Virus record (IMG/VR): IMGVR_UViG_3300003322_000423
Span: 1-64,000 of that record
Length of the DNA stretch: 64,000 bases
Strand: one strand, 5' to 3'
From: a virus
Position numbers and translations under genes: made by a program. Numbering within the stretch: the stretch's first letter is position 1; each line of letters starts with the position of its first letter. The notes beneath the pieces are model-generated. The model saw nothing but the letters and a program-made list of their open reading frames with translations, made no database searches and was not told where the DNA came from. Of the stretch, positions 31,057 through 40,905 are shown one piece after another.

Positions 31057-31329
31057 ATCCTCATCTCTTTCTACAACTTCGCCTTGAATAACAGAGGGGG
31101 TTGCTTCATTCATTTTGTCCAGTAGTTCAATGATTCTTTCATCTTGGTTGTTTATTTTGCGCTTCAGTGTTTCATTTTCTTCCGCAAGGGTCTGATTACT
31201 GTCTCTCTGACTTTTCAGTTCAGATTCCAGCATCTCAAGAGCTGCATCCCTGACAATCACATCGTGTGTGCGATTTGCCAAAAGTTCTTTATACCTGTCA
31301 AGTATTTTCTGGTTGGGTACTTCAGTCAT
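31054..31329 (-). CDS. Small coiled-coil protein
   Basis: Heptad pattern; ATGA overlap with the upstream GT. Confidence 0.7.
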   Translation of the reverse strand: MTEVPNQKILDRYKELLANRTHDVIVRDAALEMLESELKSQRDSNQTLAEENETLKRKINNQDERIIELLDKMNEATPSVIQGEVVERDED

Positions 31330-31924
31330 TTAAAGCATCTCCCTTGTCCGGCCGTCCTGAGGTATTACCACCGTCTATATTCCAAATGAACGTCTCCTTG
31401 AGAATATGGTGGAATTTTGCTCCCTCGTCAAGCATCCTGTTGTAGAAACCCCAGTCATCATAGGCTCCGTTAGGGTCTTGTTTAAACTGAAAACCCCCAC
31501 ACGCTTGAGCAAGTTCTGTTCTCACAAGCGACACAACAGGTATATATGACTTCTGGCGCAACAGCTCTGGATCAAATATGTCAGGCCCTCCGGCCTCGAA
31601 AAACCGCTGACATACCTGACCTTGTGCGTTCACTATACGGGGCAACCCGTAAACAACATCTGCCCCGCTGTCTACATGACCCACAATCAGGTCTCGGACA
31701 CCCGTCGAAAGTAACTGGTCATCATCGTCCAGGAACACCGTGAACTCTGTCTGAGATGCCATAAGAGCCCTGTTACGGGTAACCGCAGAACCTTGGCCCC
31801 AACGGTCTACAGCGATGCTGACAGAAGCTACAGGATATTCCTGAGCCATCACACTGGCTACAGCTTTTCTCAGTTTACCCTTACGAGCGGGAATGGTAGG
31901 TATGGCGACTGTTATGTCATACAT
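31322..31924 (-). CDS. Glycosyltransferase family 2
   Basis: ITVAIPT...RN..FLDDDD (DXD)...DW.F. Confidence 0.88.
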   Translation of the reverse strand: MYDITVAIPTIPARKGKLRKAVASVMAQEYPVASVSIAVDRWGQGSAVTRNRALMASQTEFTVFLDDDDQLLSTGVRDLIVGHVDSGADVVYGLPRIVNAQGQVCQRFFEAGGPDIFDPELLRQKSYIPVVSLVRTELAQACGGFQFKQDPNGAYDDWGFYNRMLDEGAKFHHILKETFIWNIDGGNTSGRPDKGDALND

Positions 31925-32147
31925 CCTGATTTTCTTCCCTGCATTCTGAGATGGGTTGGGGCAGACCCAACATAGGAACATCTACTGTACACAATTTACA
32001 GTAACAGCCTTGAATAGTGAGATCAACAATTTCATCTGATGCAAAACCTGACACATCGTTGACCATCAGGGGTTCGTGTCTTGTAGGGCTGCCGCCATCA
32101 GATTTGATGTCCGGGTAATCCCAGTAAAGATGTAAATACCGCGCCAT
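31917..32147 (-). CDS. Small hypothetical protein
   Basis: Fills the gap between two GT genes with overlaps. Confidence 0.5.
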   Translation of the reverse strand: MARYLHLYWDYPDIKSDGGSPTRHEPLMVNDVSGFASDEIVDLTIQGCYCKLCTVDVPMLGLPQPISECREENQDV

Positions 32148-32150
32148 TAT

Positions 32151-32753
32151 TCAGTCTCCGTATCCGGGAGGTGGTGCATCTCCCTGACCGGGAACCCCTC
32201 CGCTATTACGGCCGTGCATATTCCACAGCCAAGTCTTATAGGGACAGTGTACTATCTTTGCACCTAAATTCATACACCCCAGAGTAAAGCGCATATCCTC
32301 ATCTGAAACCCCGTAAGTTCCTGGCCTCGGGGTGTTGTAGTCAAGAAACCCCACTTGTTGGGCCAGTTCTGTACGTACAAGTGTGGTGATGGTGGTATGC
32401 CTTGGGTTGTCGTTGTCCCACGGTTTTCCGAAATCTGCTTCGAATGGATTGTAACCTCCCCAGGTGATCGGGTGGGAAAATACGAAATCCGCGTTCTCTT
32501 CTAGAGCTGTTCCATACAAGAGTTCTAAGTGTTGAGGGTACAGACTATCATCACTATCCAGAAAGGCTACATAGGGTGTAATAACCTTCATAAGTCCCTT
32601 GTGGCGTGTCCGTGCAGCACCTAAGCGTTCGGTGTCTATTTCAACGATAACCGCCGAAGGCGGTAGGGTTTGCTCGAAAGCACTTCCTACCGCCTTGGCC
32701 GTCATACCGTTGGTCAGACGCTCACCATGTGTAGGTATGACTACGGAGATCAC
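32151..32753 (-). CDS. Glycosyltransferase family 2
   Basis: ISVVIPT...VAFLDSDD...ED; paralogue of 31322-31924. Confidence 0.88.
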   Translation of the reverse strand: MISVVIPTHGERLTNGMTAKAVGSAFEQTLPPSAVIVEIDTERLGAARTRHKGLMKVITPYVAFLDSDDSLYPQHLELLYGTALEENADFVFSHPITWGGYNPFEADFGKPWDNDNPRHTTITTLVRTELAQQVGFLDYNTPRPGTYGVSDEDMRFTLGCMNLGAKIVHCPYKTWLWNMHGRNSGGVPGQGDAPPPGYGD

Positions 32754-32980
32754 TATTGAACCTGTATTATCTGCTGAATAGTGCTGTAAGGAATAAAGAC
32801 CTTAGCCGTTTGGCCAGGTTCGTTAGGATAGATAACTGTAACCCCTGCCGGGTGGCTAAAGTCTATATCCGTTATACCTGTAAAATCCCACGTACTAGAC
32901 CCACCCAAGGTGGTGTACATACGTACGATTATGCTATTACCGGTCTCTCTAAAATCTAGAGCTGATATATTAGTACTCAT
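32753..32980 (-). CDS. Small beta-rich protein (paralogue of 32981-33187)
   Basis: MSTN start; ID....GV.V.Y; VFIPYSTIQQIIQV. Confidence 0.65.
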   Translation of the reverse strand: MSTNISALDFRETGNSIIVRMYTTLGGSSTWDFTGITDIDFSHPAGVTVIYPNEPGQTAKVFIPYSTIQQIIQVQ

Positions 32981-33187
32981 TTAGAGCACCTGCCAAATAG
33001 ACTCTACAGCCTCGTAAGGGAAGAACACTCTAACGTCATTGTTTACGTCATCTGTGTACTCTACAAACACACCGTCTGTCTGCCAGTCTATAGCATCTAC
33101 TGTTACTGTAGGCGCTCCTGACAACACTCTCTTCAAATAGGTTGTTTTAGTCGGGTCTAAAACAATCTGCTTCACATTTGTCGACAC
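32981..33187 (-). CDS. Small beta-rich protein (paralogue of 32753-32980)
   Basis: MSTN start; ID...GV.V.Y; VFFPYEAVESIWQV. Confidence 0.65.
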   Translation of the reverse strand: MSTNVKQIVLDPTKTTYLKRVLSGAPTVTVDAIDWQTDGVFVEYTDDVNNDVRVFFPYEAVESIWQVL

Positions 33188-33197
33188 GTTGTCTCCT

Positions 33198-34487
33198 TCA
33201 ATTTTTACGTCCCAGACGAATAGTGGTCACTCCATCTTTATCCGGCATGTATCCGAAAGGGTCTATAACGATAGACCCGGGAGGGAATGTCAAGTCTTTA
33301 TGATCTTCATGTTTAGCCCCTATGAAAAACACAGAAGCAGGTATGTTTTCAAAGTCATGTGATGTATCTGAATACACATGGGGGTCGTATACCGAGTGAA
33401 TCACATTCTTATCAACAAGTTGATTCTTGAGCAGTAACGCCGGAGACCCCAAAGTTAAATTGCTTTCCGGCTTGTAGGCCACACCTAAAATAACCACTGG
33501 GAGACTTGTAAGCTCTTGCCAGTCCTGCAACAGCTCTGCCAGCCACAGTGATTGATCCGTACGAGCCTGGGTGACAAACTCAAACGGGTTGGCGTGAAGT
33601 CTCAAGTCCTGTGCAAGCTGCTGCATAGCGATGTTGTCTCTTGGGTGACAACCTCCGCCATCCCCCATACCCCCATGCATGTAAGCACCGGAGGCAATCC
33701 GCTGGTCTGCGGCAGCAAGAGCCTGTGTGACTTCGTCTACATCAGCACCGGTCTTGTGGGCAATCTCCATAAGAGTATTGGCGAATACAATCTTCATGGA
33801 AATGAAGGTGTTGTAGCTGACTTTTGTAAGCTCAGCCGATTCCACGGACATTGGCCGTACGGGTCTGTCGTGAACAGTTCTATACAGATTTGTTACGGTT
33901 TCCAGTGCTTCTTCATCGCTGCCCCCGAGCAAAACAAATTCTGGATTTATGAAATCCCAATAAGTTGTCCCCATAGCGATAAAGAATGGGTTATATACAA
34001 ACTTGACATACTCATTGGTAAGCGGAAGGAGATGTTTATGCGAAGTACCTGGTAGCACAGTAGATATGACTACTAAGGTTATAGGTTTTTTAAGAGACTT
34101 AGCAGCATTACAGACGTCTCGTACAGCATTTACCAGATAGCTGTATTCAAAATCTCTGTACTCCCAGGCAGGGGGTTCTGTCTCTCCACCGAATTTAGGG
34201 CTGTGCGGGGTTTGGGCGGAAACAAAGACAACCGAACCGGACTGAAGCTGTGTGATTGCACCCATAACAGACCCATTCAAATTGATCCTGGGATCATCAT
34301 GATTTCGTTGTAACAGGCTTTGAATGTTGGCCTCCTGAAAAGGATCTACATCCCCGGACAAAATCTGTCCTGGTCTGTCAGATACATCATAGCCCTCAAT
34401 TACAATGTCTTCAGAGCTGTCATGAGCCAACGCTAATGCACAGGTCAAACCTAGTTTGCCAAGACCTATCCAACCTACGGTTGTCAT
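33198..34487 (-). CDS. UDP-glucose/GDP-mannose family nucleotide-sugar dehydrogenase
   Basis: GLGKLG Rossmann motif, STVLPG, SAELTK, GGGCHPRD catalytic Cys, GVAYKP. Confidence 0.92.
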   Translation of the reverse strand: MTTVGWIGLGKLGLTCALALAHDSSEDIVIEGYDVSDRPGQILSGDVDPFQEANIQSLLQRNHDDPRINLNGSVMGAITQLQSGSVVFVSAQTPHSPKFGGETEPPAWEYRDFEYSYLVNAVRDVCNAAKSLKKPITLVVISTVLPGTSHKHLLPLTNEYVKFVYNPFFIAMGTTYWDFINPEFVLLGGSDEEALETVTNLYRTVHDRPVRPMSVESAELTKVSYNTFISMKIVFANTLMEIAHKTGADVDEVTQALAAADQRIASGAYMHGGMGDGGGCHPRDNIAMQQLAQDLRLHANPFEFVTQARTDQSLWLAELLQDWQELTSLPVVILGVAYKPESNLTLGSPALLLKNQLVDKNVIHSVYDPHVYSDTSHDFENIPASVFFIGAKHEDHKDLTFPPGSIVIDPFGYMPDKDGVTTIRLGRKN

Positions 34488-35236
34488 AGTTCCTTCTTCC
34501 TAAGCACTGCGGCTAGATATCTAGAGTCATCCGTTATGTATTCGAATCTTTCTATAGTGAAAAGATCCCCAAACATTGTATCTAACTTTTCTCGGTTGTA
34601 CCAGTCTGCATAGAGTCCCACGGCATCAAACGCGCGGACAAAAGACATAAAGTTGGGATCAGCTTTTGTATTTGAGGGTGGCTCTGTGCCAACGTACTTA
34701 CGCCATCCTGTATCTGAGTACACCATTAGCCGGACTTCTCCACCCTTCCTAAGAAGTTCGTGTGCCCGTTCCATTATGTCTCGTGCCCATTCTATATGGT
34801 GAAGAACCCCATTACAGTAAAACACATCGAAAGACCTTTTTCGTGCGTTTAAAAACGGAGCCTCTCCAGATACTAAATAAGTTTGAACAGGGTTTTTCCC
34901 ATAGAGACCTAGGACTCTTGTACCTAGTTTAAGATTGTCTGTGCTCAAGTCTGCCAAGGATACTCTATTACCTGCAAGGGCTAATTCTAGAGAATCTACA
35001 GACATGCCGCAACCGAAGTCTAATATATCCTTGTCTGTTAAACTGTCCAGCCCCATGACTTCACGCCACAAGTTATTGTGGTTTCTCCAACCTGTATAGC
35101 GAGTCTCTCTCATGTTATCAACCATGATTTTAAAGTCTCGCTCTTCCATGTTCACCAACATAGAAGATCTGAAGTAGCCTACATCATCTACAGGCGGTGA
35201 TGACCACTCATGAACATGTCTCTCCCAAGAACTCAT
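34484..35236 (-). CDS. Class I SAM-dependent methyltransferase
   Basis: ILDFGCG, FDVFYCNGVLHH, LRKGG. Confidence 0.88.
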   Translation of the reverse strand: MSSWERHVHEWSSPPVDDVGYFRSSMLVNMEERDFKIMVDNMRETRYTGWRNHNNLWREVMGLDSLTDKDILDFGCGMSVDSLELALAGNRVSLADLSTDNLKLGTRVLGLYGKNPVQTYLVSGEAPFLNARKRSFDVFYCNGVLHHIEWARDIMERAHELLRKGGEVRLMVYSDTGWRKYVGTEPPSNTKADPNFMSFVRAFDAVGLYADWYNREKLDTMFGDLFTIERFEYITDDSRYLAAVLRKKEL

Positions 35237-35874
35237 AGATTTAGACCTCGTATCGTTTCCGTGTCTTTGTTTATCAAATTCTGAATCATGGGGCTGTAGT
35301 ACGACTGAGTGGTGTAATTAGATTGCCCCTCGTTCCAGATAGAATCGTTGTTCTGCCCGGATAGATCATATCTTCTATGGTCTATGTACGCTGGGACAGA
35401 CTGTATTGTGCCTGAGGCCCTCCCTATATCTTGCCAATACGTATCGCAGTGATTAGTGTATAAAGAAAAACCACCCACAGCATTTACAGCTTTTCGGCGT
35501 ACAGCCGGGAAACAGCATAAACCGGGAGAGTGTTGAGATTGCATATCTGCAACCATGACCGATGAATCAAGACCCTCTATAAGACGGTCCCAACCCACTG
35601 TGGTCATAATGGCGTCATCATTCCAAAGGAATAACCAGTCTCCGGTGGATCTTTCAGCTAATGCATTGTAATATAGATGTAAATTTCTGTACCCATATCG
35701 TTCTGGAGCGATCCAACAGGTGTTTGGATCTACTAGTCCTTCATATGTGTCTACGTCATCAGGGTCTAAACCTACACACACTTCAAATTGAGAGAGGGCT
35801 GTATTTCTTAAGGACGCTAAAGATTCTTGATATAAAGCGGGTCTACCACGAGTCGGAAGCAGAACTGAAATCAT
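35233..35874 (-). CDS. Glycosyltransferase (GT-A fold)
   Basis: ISVLLPTRGRP...WNDD...WD. Confidence 0.85.
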   Translation of the reverse strand: MISVLLPTRGRPALYQESLASLRNTALSQFEVCVGLDPDDVDTYEGLVDPNTCWIAPERYGYRNLHLYYNALAERSTGDWLFLWNDDAIMTTVGWDRLIEGLDSSVMVADMQSQHSPGLCCFPAVRRKAVNAVGGFSLYTNHCDTYWQDIGRASGTIQSVPAYIDHRRYDLSGQNNDSIWNEGQSNYTTQSYYSPMIQNLINKDTETIRGLNL

Positions 35875-36887
35875 AATAACCACTCCGGGTGCTCTCTGGT
35901 CCAAAATACAGTCTTTGCTAGAGAGTCTTCAAAAGGCATAGGGTGATGCCAGTAAAGCTCTCTACGTATTTTGCTTCCGTCCAGCGCATATCTGAGGTCG
36001 TGACCCGGTCTGGACGAATGAAAATCCACCCGGTTTATAAGGGGCTGTACCCCAAGTATGTTAGCTATTATTTCCACCATTTCATCGTTGGCCACTTCCC
36101 TTTCACCAACGATGTTGTACCTGTCCGGCCGCTCAAATCCAGCTTTGTACTTAGCAGGTAAATGGTTGTTAGAAAGAGTCAGCCACGCATCTGCTAAATT
36201 ACGAGCATGCAAATAAAACCTAGAACCTGCCACACCTTCGGGACTTGCATGTACTTTAACAGATTTGCCAGCAAGTAGGTTTTTTATAATCAATGGGATG
36301 AACTTTTCTGAAGACTGCATCTCTCCAAAAATGTTCATGGTGTTGGTGATGACAACAGGAATATCATACGTACGCCAGTAACTATATGCTATGGCTTCCT
36401 GAGCTGCCTTGCTGGCACTGTACGGGTTGGATGGTTGTATGGTAGACCATTCGGTGTGTTGTACACCTTCAGAAGCCGGACCGTATACTTCATCTGTAGA
36501 CATTTGTAGAAACAAGGTAGGACCGACCTGACGGGCAAAGTCCAGAAGATTAGTCATAAGGGATACATTATTTTGAATGAATGGTCCGGGTTCGTATATA
36601 GACCGGTCCACGTGAGACTCTGAGGCTACATTCCAGATCTCATCTATACGGCCTATCCGGGAAGTAGTAGGCTGGTCTATGGGGGCTGTCAAATCCAGCA
36701 TGATGACGGATACACGCCTTGCCCAATCTTCGTTACCTTCCAGGGCGGAGGCTATACGGTCGTTTTTACCCTGGTGTGTAAACGTTACAGGGCAAATCAG
36801 TTCCCAGTCGGTGTTTACCAGGACATGTCGCAAGACGTGGGAGCCTACGAATCCCCCGGCCCCTGTCAGGAAAATTCGTTTAGTCAC
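35871..36887 (-). CDS. NDP-sugar 4,6-dehydratase (RmlB-like)
   Basis: TGAGGFVG, ASESHVDRSI, STDEVYG, YSASK, RPGHDLRYALD. Confidence 0.92.
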   Translation of the reverse strand: MTKRIFLTGAGGFVGSHVLRHVLVNTDWELICPVTFTHQGKNDRIASALEGNEDWARRVSVIMLDLTAPIDQPTTSRIGRIDEIWNVASESHVDRSIYEPGPFIQNNVSLMTNLLDFARQVGPTLFLQMSTDEVYGPASEGVQHTEWSTIQPSNPYSASKAAQEAIAYSYWRTYDIPVVITNTMNIFGEMQSSEKFIPLIIKNLLAGKSVKVHASPEGVAGSRFYLHARNLADAWLTLSNNHLPAKYKAGFERPDRYNIVGEREVANDEMVEIIANILGVQPLINRVDFHSSRPGHDLRYALDGSKIRRELYWHHPMPFEDSLAKTVFWTREHPEWLL

Positions 36888-37908
36888 TGAAAAGTACCTT
36901 TTCCCACTCGCCTATGTGATCCTCTAGAATCTGAGTCCTGGCCCATGCCTTGGCATTCTGACCTATCTCATTTCTCATGGCCTCATCGTTGACAAGGGCA
37001 TTAAGATACTTGGCCCATTCGTGGTCCCGCTTTACAAGGAATCCTGTCTCGCCGTGTTTAATAATACGAGCATAAGGGCCAGAGTCAGCGGCGACTGTAG
37101 GTATTCCGAGTGCAGAGTTTTCGAGGAATTTAAGATGAGACTTAGATTGATTGAAGAGGTGGTGCCGCAGGGGGATGACTCCGATGTCATAATCAATCGC
37201 CTTCCAGTATTCTTCTACACTAGGAATCCAGCCAGCAGCGCTCACCTGGTCCACAGGAAGCCCTAATTGGACCTGGGCCTGAGCTAGGTGACCACCTATG
37301 AGACGGAACGGCATACCGCTACGCTTCAGGTATCGGGAGATATGTGGGCCGTCAGCAGCCCAGTCCATTCCATGTGTACCTGATCCACCCCAACCAATTG
37401 TGAGTTCATCCCTGTGCGGGCGCTCCCAGTCCAGCACCCACCTAGGGATGTAGTTTGGAACGACGTGAACGTTATCGTTCCACTTACCCAAAAGATCTGC
37501 CAGAGGCTCTGTAGAACATGTAACAGCGTCGGCTAGAGCAATGTTGCGCCGTAAATTGGACTGTACATTGTGACGGTGGCCCTCATCATCTATACCATTG
37601 ATGAACCAGCGGAAAGCATCCCCGTTTGTTACATCTATGTTCCATAGATCGTCGTCCAGCTCAAAAACCATACGAGGACGTTCCTTTTTTACTCCGATGT
37701 AAAACCAGAGATCCGATGGACCGTCCTTGCATACTCGCTGCCCTATTAAAGTTTTAGGGAGTTTACTTTCATCAGATGATAACTTGACATCATGTCCGGT
37801 TACATAGCCTAGTTCGGAAGCCAGTGCGTCAAGAGGTTGCATTATACGTAGAGTGCCACACCCTGTCTTATCTGCTAACCAGCCGAATGCGTCGAGTTTT
37901 TCAGTCAT
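36880..37908 (-). CDS. Glycosyltransferase (GT-B fold, GT4-like)
   Basis: ELDDDLW, DIGVIPL...FN.SKS.LKFLE..ALGIP.VA, GETGFLV. Confidence 0.88.
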   Translation of the reverse strand: MTEKLDAFGWLADKTGCGTLRIMQPLDALASELGYVTGHDVKLSSDESKLPKTLIGQRVCKDGPSDLWFYIGVKKERPRMVFELDDDLWNIDVTNGDAFRWFINGIDDEGHRHNVQSNLRRNIALADAVTCSTEPLADLLGKWNDNVHVVPNYIPRWVLDWERPHRDELTIGWGGSGTHGMDWAADGPHISRYLKRSGMPFRLIGGHLAQAQVQLGLPVDQVSAAGWIPSVEEYWKAIDYDIGVIPLRHHLFNQSKSHLKFLENSALGIPTVAADSGPYARIIKHGETGFLVKRDHEWAKYLNALVNDEAMRNEIGQNAKAWARTQILEDHIGEWEKVLFSD

Positions 37909-38440
37909 TTAGAAGCCATTTCTGAAAGTGTTCATCTGAATATTCCTGACCAGGTTTCCAGTCTTTTAATCGGTCACGGTGGTATCGAAACTTCTTAGAC
38001 TCGACGTCATATACGTTGGGTAGAGTTTGTAAGAGATCGAAATTATAGGCGGAAATATCCCGGTCATGTCCTGCCCCTGCCCCAGACCTGATATTTTCCG
38101 GTATACCTCCCCATACCCCATAGCGCTCCTTGGAAGCGCATGCAAACTCAAGACATTGGAGACGGATCGGACAGTCAAAACAAACGTCAGCAGCGATAGC
38201 AGACGGCTTGGTATCTCCGGGACAGTGCCATAGATCTTTGGACAGCTCACCTGCTTTTACCTTCTTTGCGCATAGAGCTTCCGACCAATCCACATCGACC
38301 GCAGAGCCTTTTATGAATCTCTCCATAAGTCTGGAGATTTCACGTTCAACTCTGCGGCGGTTTTCTTCTGGGCCTACGTATTCAACTAGGTCATCAAAGA
38401 ATACGTCTTCCCCATACTCCAGCTCATCCCAATCTGACAT
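37901..38440 (-). CDS. WhiB-family transcription factor
   Basis: W..ALC...VCFDCPIRLQCLEFA...YGVWGG. Confidence 0.9.
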   Translation of the reverse strand: MSDWDELEYGEDVFFDDLVEYVGPEENRRRVEREISRLMERFIKGSAVDVDWSEALCAKKVKAGELSKDLWHCPGDTKPSAIAADVCFDCPIRLQCLEFACASKERYGVWGGIPENIRSGAGAGHDRDISAYNFDLLQTLPNVYDVESKKFRYHRDRLKDWKPGQEYSDEHFQKWLLND

Positions 38441-40830
38441 CAGATCCTCAGCATGTTCGTGATCTCGATATCCAGGAATGTCATACGTCCGCGTTCCATG
38501 TCCCAACGCCAGCGGTCCTTGTACTTGCCTTCACGCACATCGGTCCATATGGACTTGGACGACGGAGGACGACCGCTTGAATAATGATCGTCATACCAGT
38601 CGCGGAATGCCTTGTAGAGTACCGTTCCGTCTTTCTTGCCCCCCACAGATTCCTCTGTGCACTGGTTCATGAAGATAAGGAAAGGGTCGTTCTCTTCCAA
38701 CATCATAATGGCATCGAGAGCCAGATCAATAGGCACATCGAGACCGTTTTCAAGATAGTCACGAGTACCCTCTAATATCCAGTTAAGGATACCGGATGAT
38801 TCTCTTTTGGTCAAGTAGTTGAATGGTGTCGAATGGTGGGGTGATGTAAATGAGTCCCATTGTTCTGAAGTAGGCTCCACAGACCATCTAACCGGTCGGA
38901 ACCTTCTAACGATTGAACGATCTGTAGGCAAATCGGGCATGTGGTTGGTTCTAAAATGGAGAGTAAATTTTGGGGTGTATTCCCAGGGGTTGACATTCTT
39001 GGCCTCCGCCTTGATGGCACCACCACCAGTCACATCCTTTAGTAGGGCCGTGTCCATCTTCTGATTGTCATTCAGCTCGTCAACTAGGACGATTCGTTTT
39101 CCTTCGAACGATGCGATGTCTGCCGGAATTCGGTTGCTGTTGCTCTTGCGTACGAACGAATCACGCTGACCGGTGGTAGAGTATTCCCCCAGTACATGAG
39201 CGCAACAATCCAGGAACACACCCTTACCGTTACCACCAGAACCAATATGAAGCGCGAAAATCTGGTCACGGACTTCTCCAATCATTGTAAGACCCATGAG
39301 CCGCTGTAGATACCTACGGTGCTCGGGATTGGGCTGAGTCATTTCCAGAAAACGTAGCCATTCCGGACATTGAGCTGTCGGGTCATAGGTCACGTTGGAA
39401 ATGTTGGTACACATATAGGTGCGGTTGTGTGGGTGTAAAGCGCCTGTACGTATATCTACTACACCGTTTGCTACATTCAGAATATACGGGTCGATATCAA
39501 AATCGTCACCGGTTGTCCAGAGTGCCTCACGGCCCTTTAGAATCAAAGAGGTGGCAGTAATTTTTCCTGCAAATCGCTGCTTGGCTGACCATTCGAGGAA
39601 GACTTGCCGATAAGTTTTCGGAGTTGATTTTGATTTGCTAAGCTCAGCAGGAGGGCAAGTGCCAGGGTTGTAAAACAAAGCTTCCGTGTTAGGGATTTTA
39701 GTGATGACATCTTCTACCAGACTTAGAATTCGGCCCTCTCGGGCTGGTACCCATTTCTTTTTGTCAAAGGTGTAAAACTTTTCCCGGTCGGGATCATAGC
39801 GAATGTCTGATCCTTTCCAGAACACGACCCGGTTGGCGTTACCGATGTCGTCCATCTGGAACGTCTCGATAATGTCTCTGTCATCTGACAGGGCATCGTC
39901 TAGCGGATCGGGGTTTTCATCTGCTGCTCGTCGTCCGCTATCGATAGCCAGTATGGCTCGGTCACGGGGATGATGTCCGGCTGTTGCAGCGTCTTCCAGA
40001 AGTCTCTGGGCTTCGTCATCGTCCAAGACGCCATGGAAGCACAAAGAGAACAGAACACGTGCAGCCGTGTACAGATAAGTGTTCTGGTGCCCGTTGGGGG
40101 CTGTACGGATTTTTCCTGTCCAATAGTCGACAGTCTTTTGAATCTGTTCGCTAAGAGGTTCTGAAATGGCCTCGGGGTTGTAGTCCTGTCGCTCTACTTG
40201 ACGAAGATTGCGGCTTCCCTCTGACCACTTGAACTGGGCCTGGTGATTGAAGATGGCGTCTCTGAGCCACTTAGGTGCAGGCTTGGCGTCTTGAGTATCT
40301 TCAAAATCATAACCAGGGGTTGGAGGGACAAGGTGGTATCCACCTTCACCTTTGATATCGATACCGGGCCATAGGCGCCCTGAAATAGCGTGAACATCAA
40401 AGTTAGGCAGTTCAAATATGAAGTGCTTGCCACCCGCAGGGGTGGTGTTGGTTTCCGTGTCCAGCGGGTCATCAGGGTACTGCTCTGACAATTCTTGAAA
40501 AGACACATCCCCGCCATTACGGGGATCATAATCGAACACAAAAACCCCGCTGGTGCGGCCAGTGGCCACAGCGAGGTGCATATCTGGGGTTTCTCTAACC
40601 CACTGCTCTATGACACCTAAATCATCCGTAGCGGCGTAGAAGCCATGACAACGGGAGTACGGGTCATTCATGCATGCACAATTGGAGCGATGTTCTGGAG
40701 AACTCTCTCCCCGGCAAGCGTCACAGTTGGGGAAGGGTATTTTGTTAGAGGAAATGCCGAAGACCTTACGCCCGCGAGCGATAAGGTCTCTAGCAGCCTC
40801 TACTAATGCTTCCTGGTAGTCACTACTCAC
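38440..40830 (-). CDS. Bifunctional primase-polymerase / D5-like SF3 helicase
   Basis: HGFYAAT, DYDPRNGG, TPAGGKH, GIDIKGEGGY; GSGGNGKG Walker A; TNHMP. Confidence 0.92.
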   Translation of the reverse strand: MSSDYQEALVEAARDLIARGRKVFGISSNKIPFPNCDACRGESSPEHRSNCACMNDPYSRCHGFYAATDDLGVIEQWVRETPDMHLAVATGRTSGVFVFDYDPRNGGDVSFQELSEQYPDDPLDTETNTTPAGGKHFIFELPNFDVHAISGRLWPGIDIKGEGGYHLVPPTPGYDFEDTQDAKPAPKWLRDAIFNHQAQFKWSEGSRNLRQVERQDYNPEAISEPLSEQIQKTVDYWTGKIRTAPNGHQNTYLYTAARVLFSLCFHGVLDDDEAQRLLEDAATAGHHPRDRAILAIDSGRRAADENPDPLDDALSDDRDIIETFQMDDIGNANRVVFWKGSDIRYDPDREKFYTFDKKKWVPAREGRILSLVEDVITKIPNTEALFYNPGTCPPAELSKSKSTPKTYRQVFLEWSAKQRFAGKITATSLILKGREALWTTGDDFDIDPYILNVANGVVDIRTGALHPHNRTYMCTNISNVTYDPTAQCPEWLRFLEMTQPNPEHRRYLQRLMGLTMIGEVRDQIFALHIGSGGNGKGVFLDCCAHVLGEYSTTGQRDSFVRKSNSNRIPADIASFEGKRIVLVDELNDNQKMDTALLKDVTGGGAIKAEAKNVNPWEYTPKFTLHFRTNHMPDLPTDRSIVRRFRPVRWSVEPTSEQWDSFTSPHHSTPFNYLTKRESSGILNWILEGTRDYLENGLDVPIDLALDAIMMLEENDPFLIFMNQCTEESVGGKKDGTVLYKAFRDWYDDHYSSGRPPSSKSIWTDVREGKYKDRWRWDMERGRMTFLDIEITNMLRI

Positions 40831-40905
40831 ACAACCAGCCTTTCAGAGTAGAGGCATTAATCAAGTCAGATGGATCATCTTAGCATGGTTCCCGATAGTT
40901 TGCAA

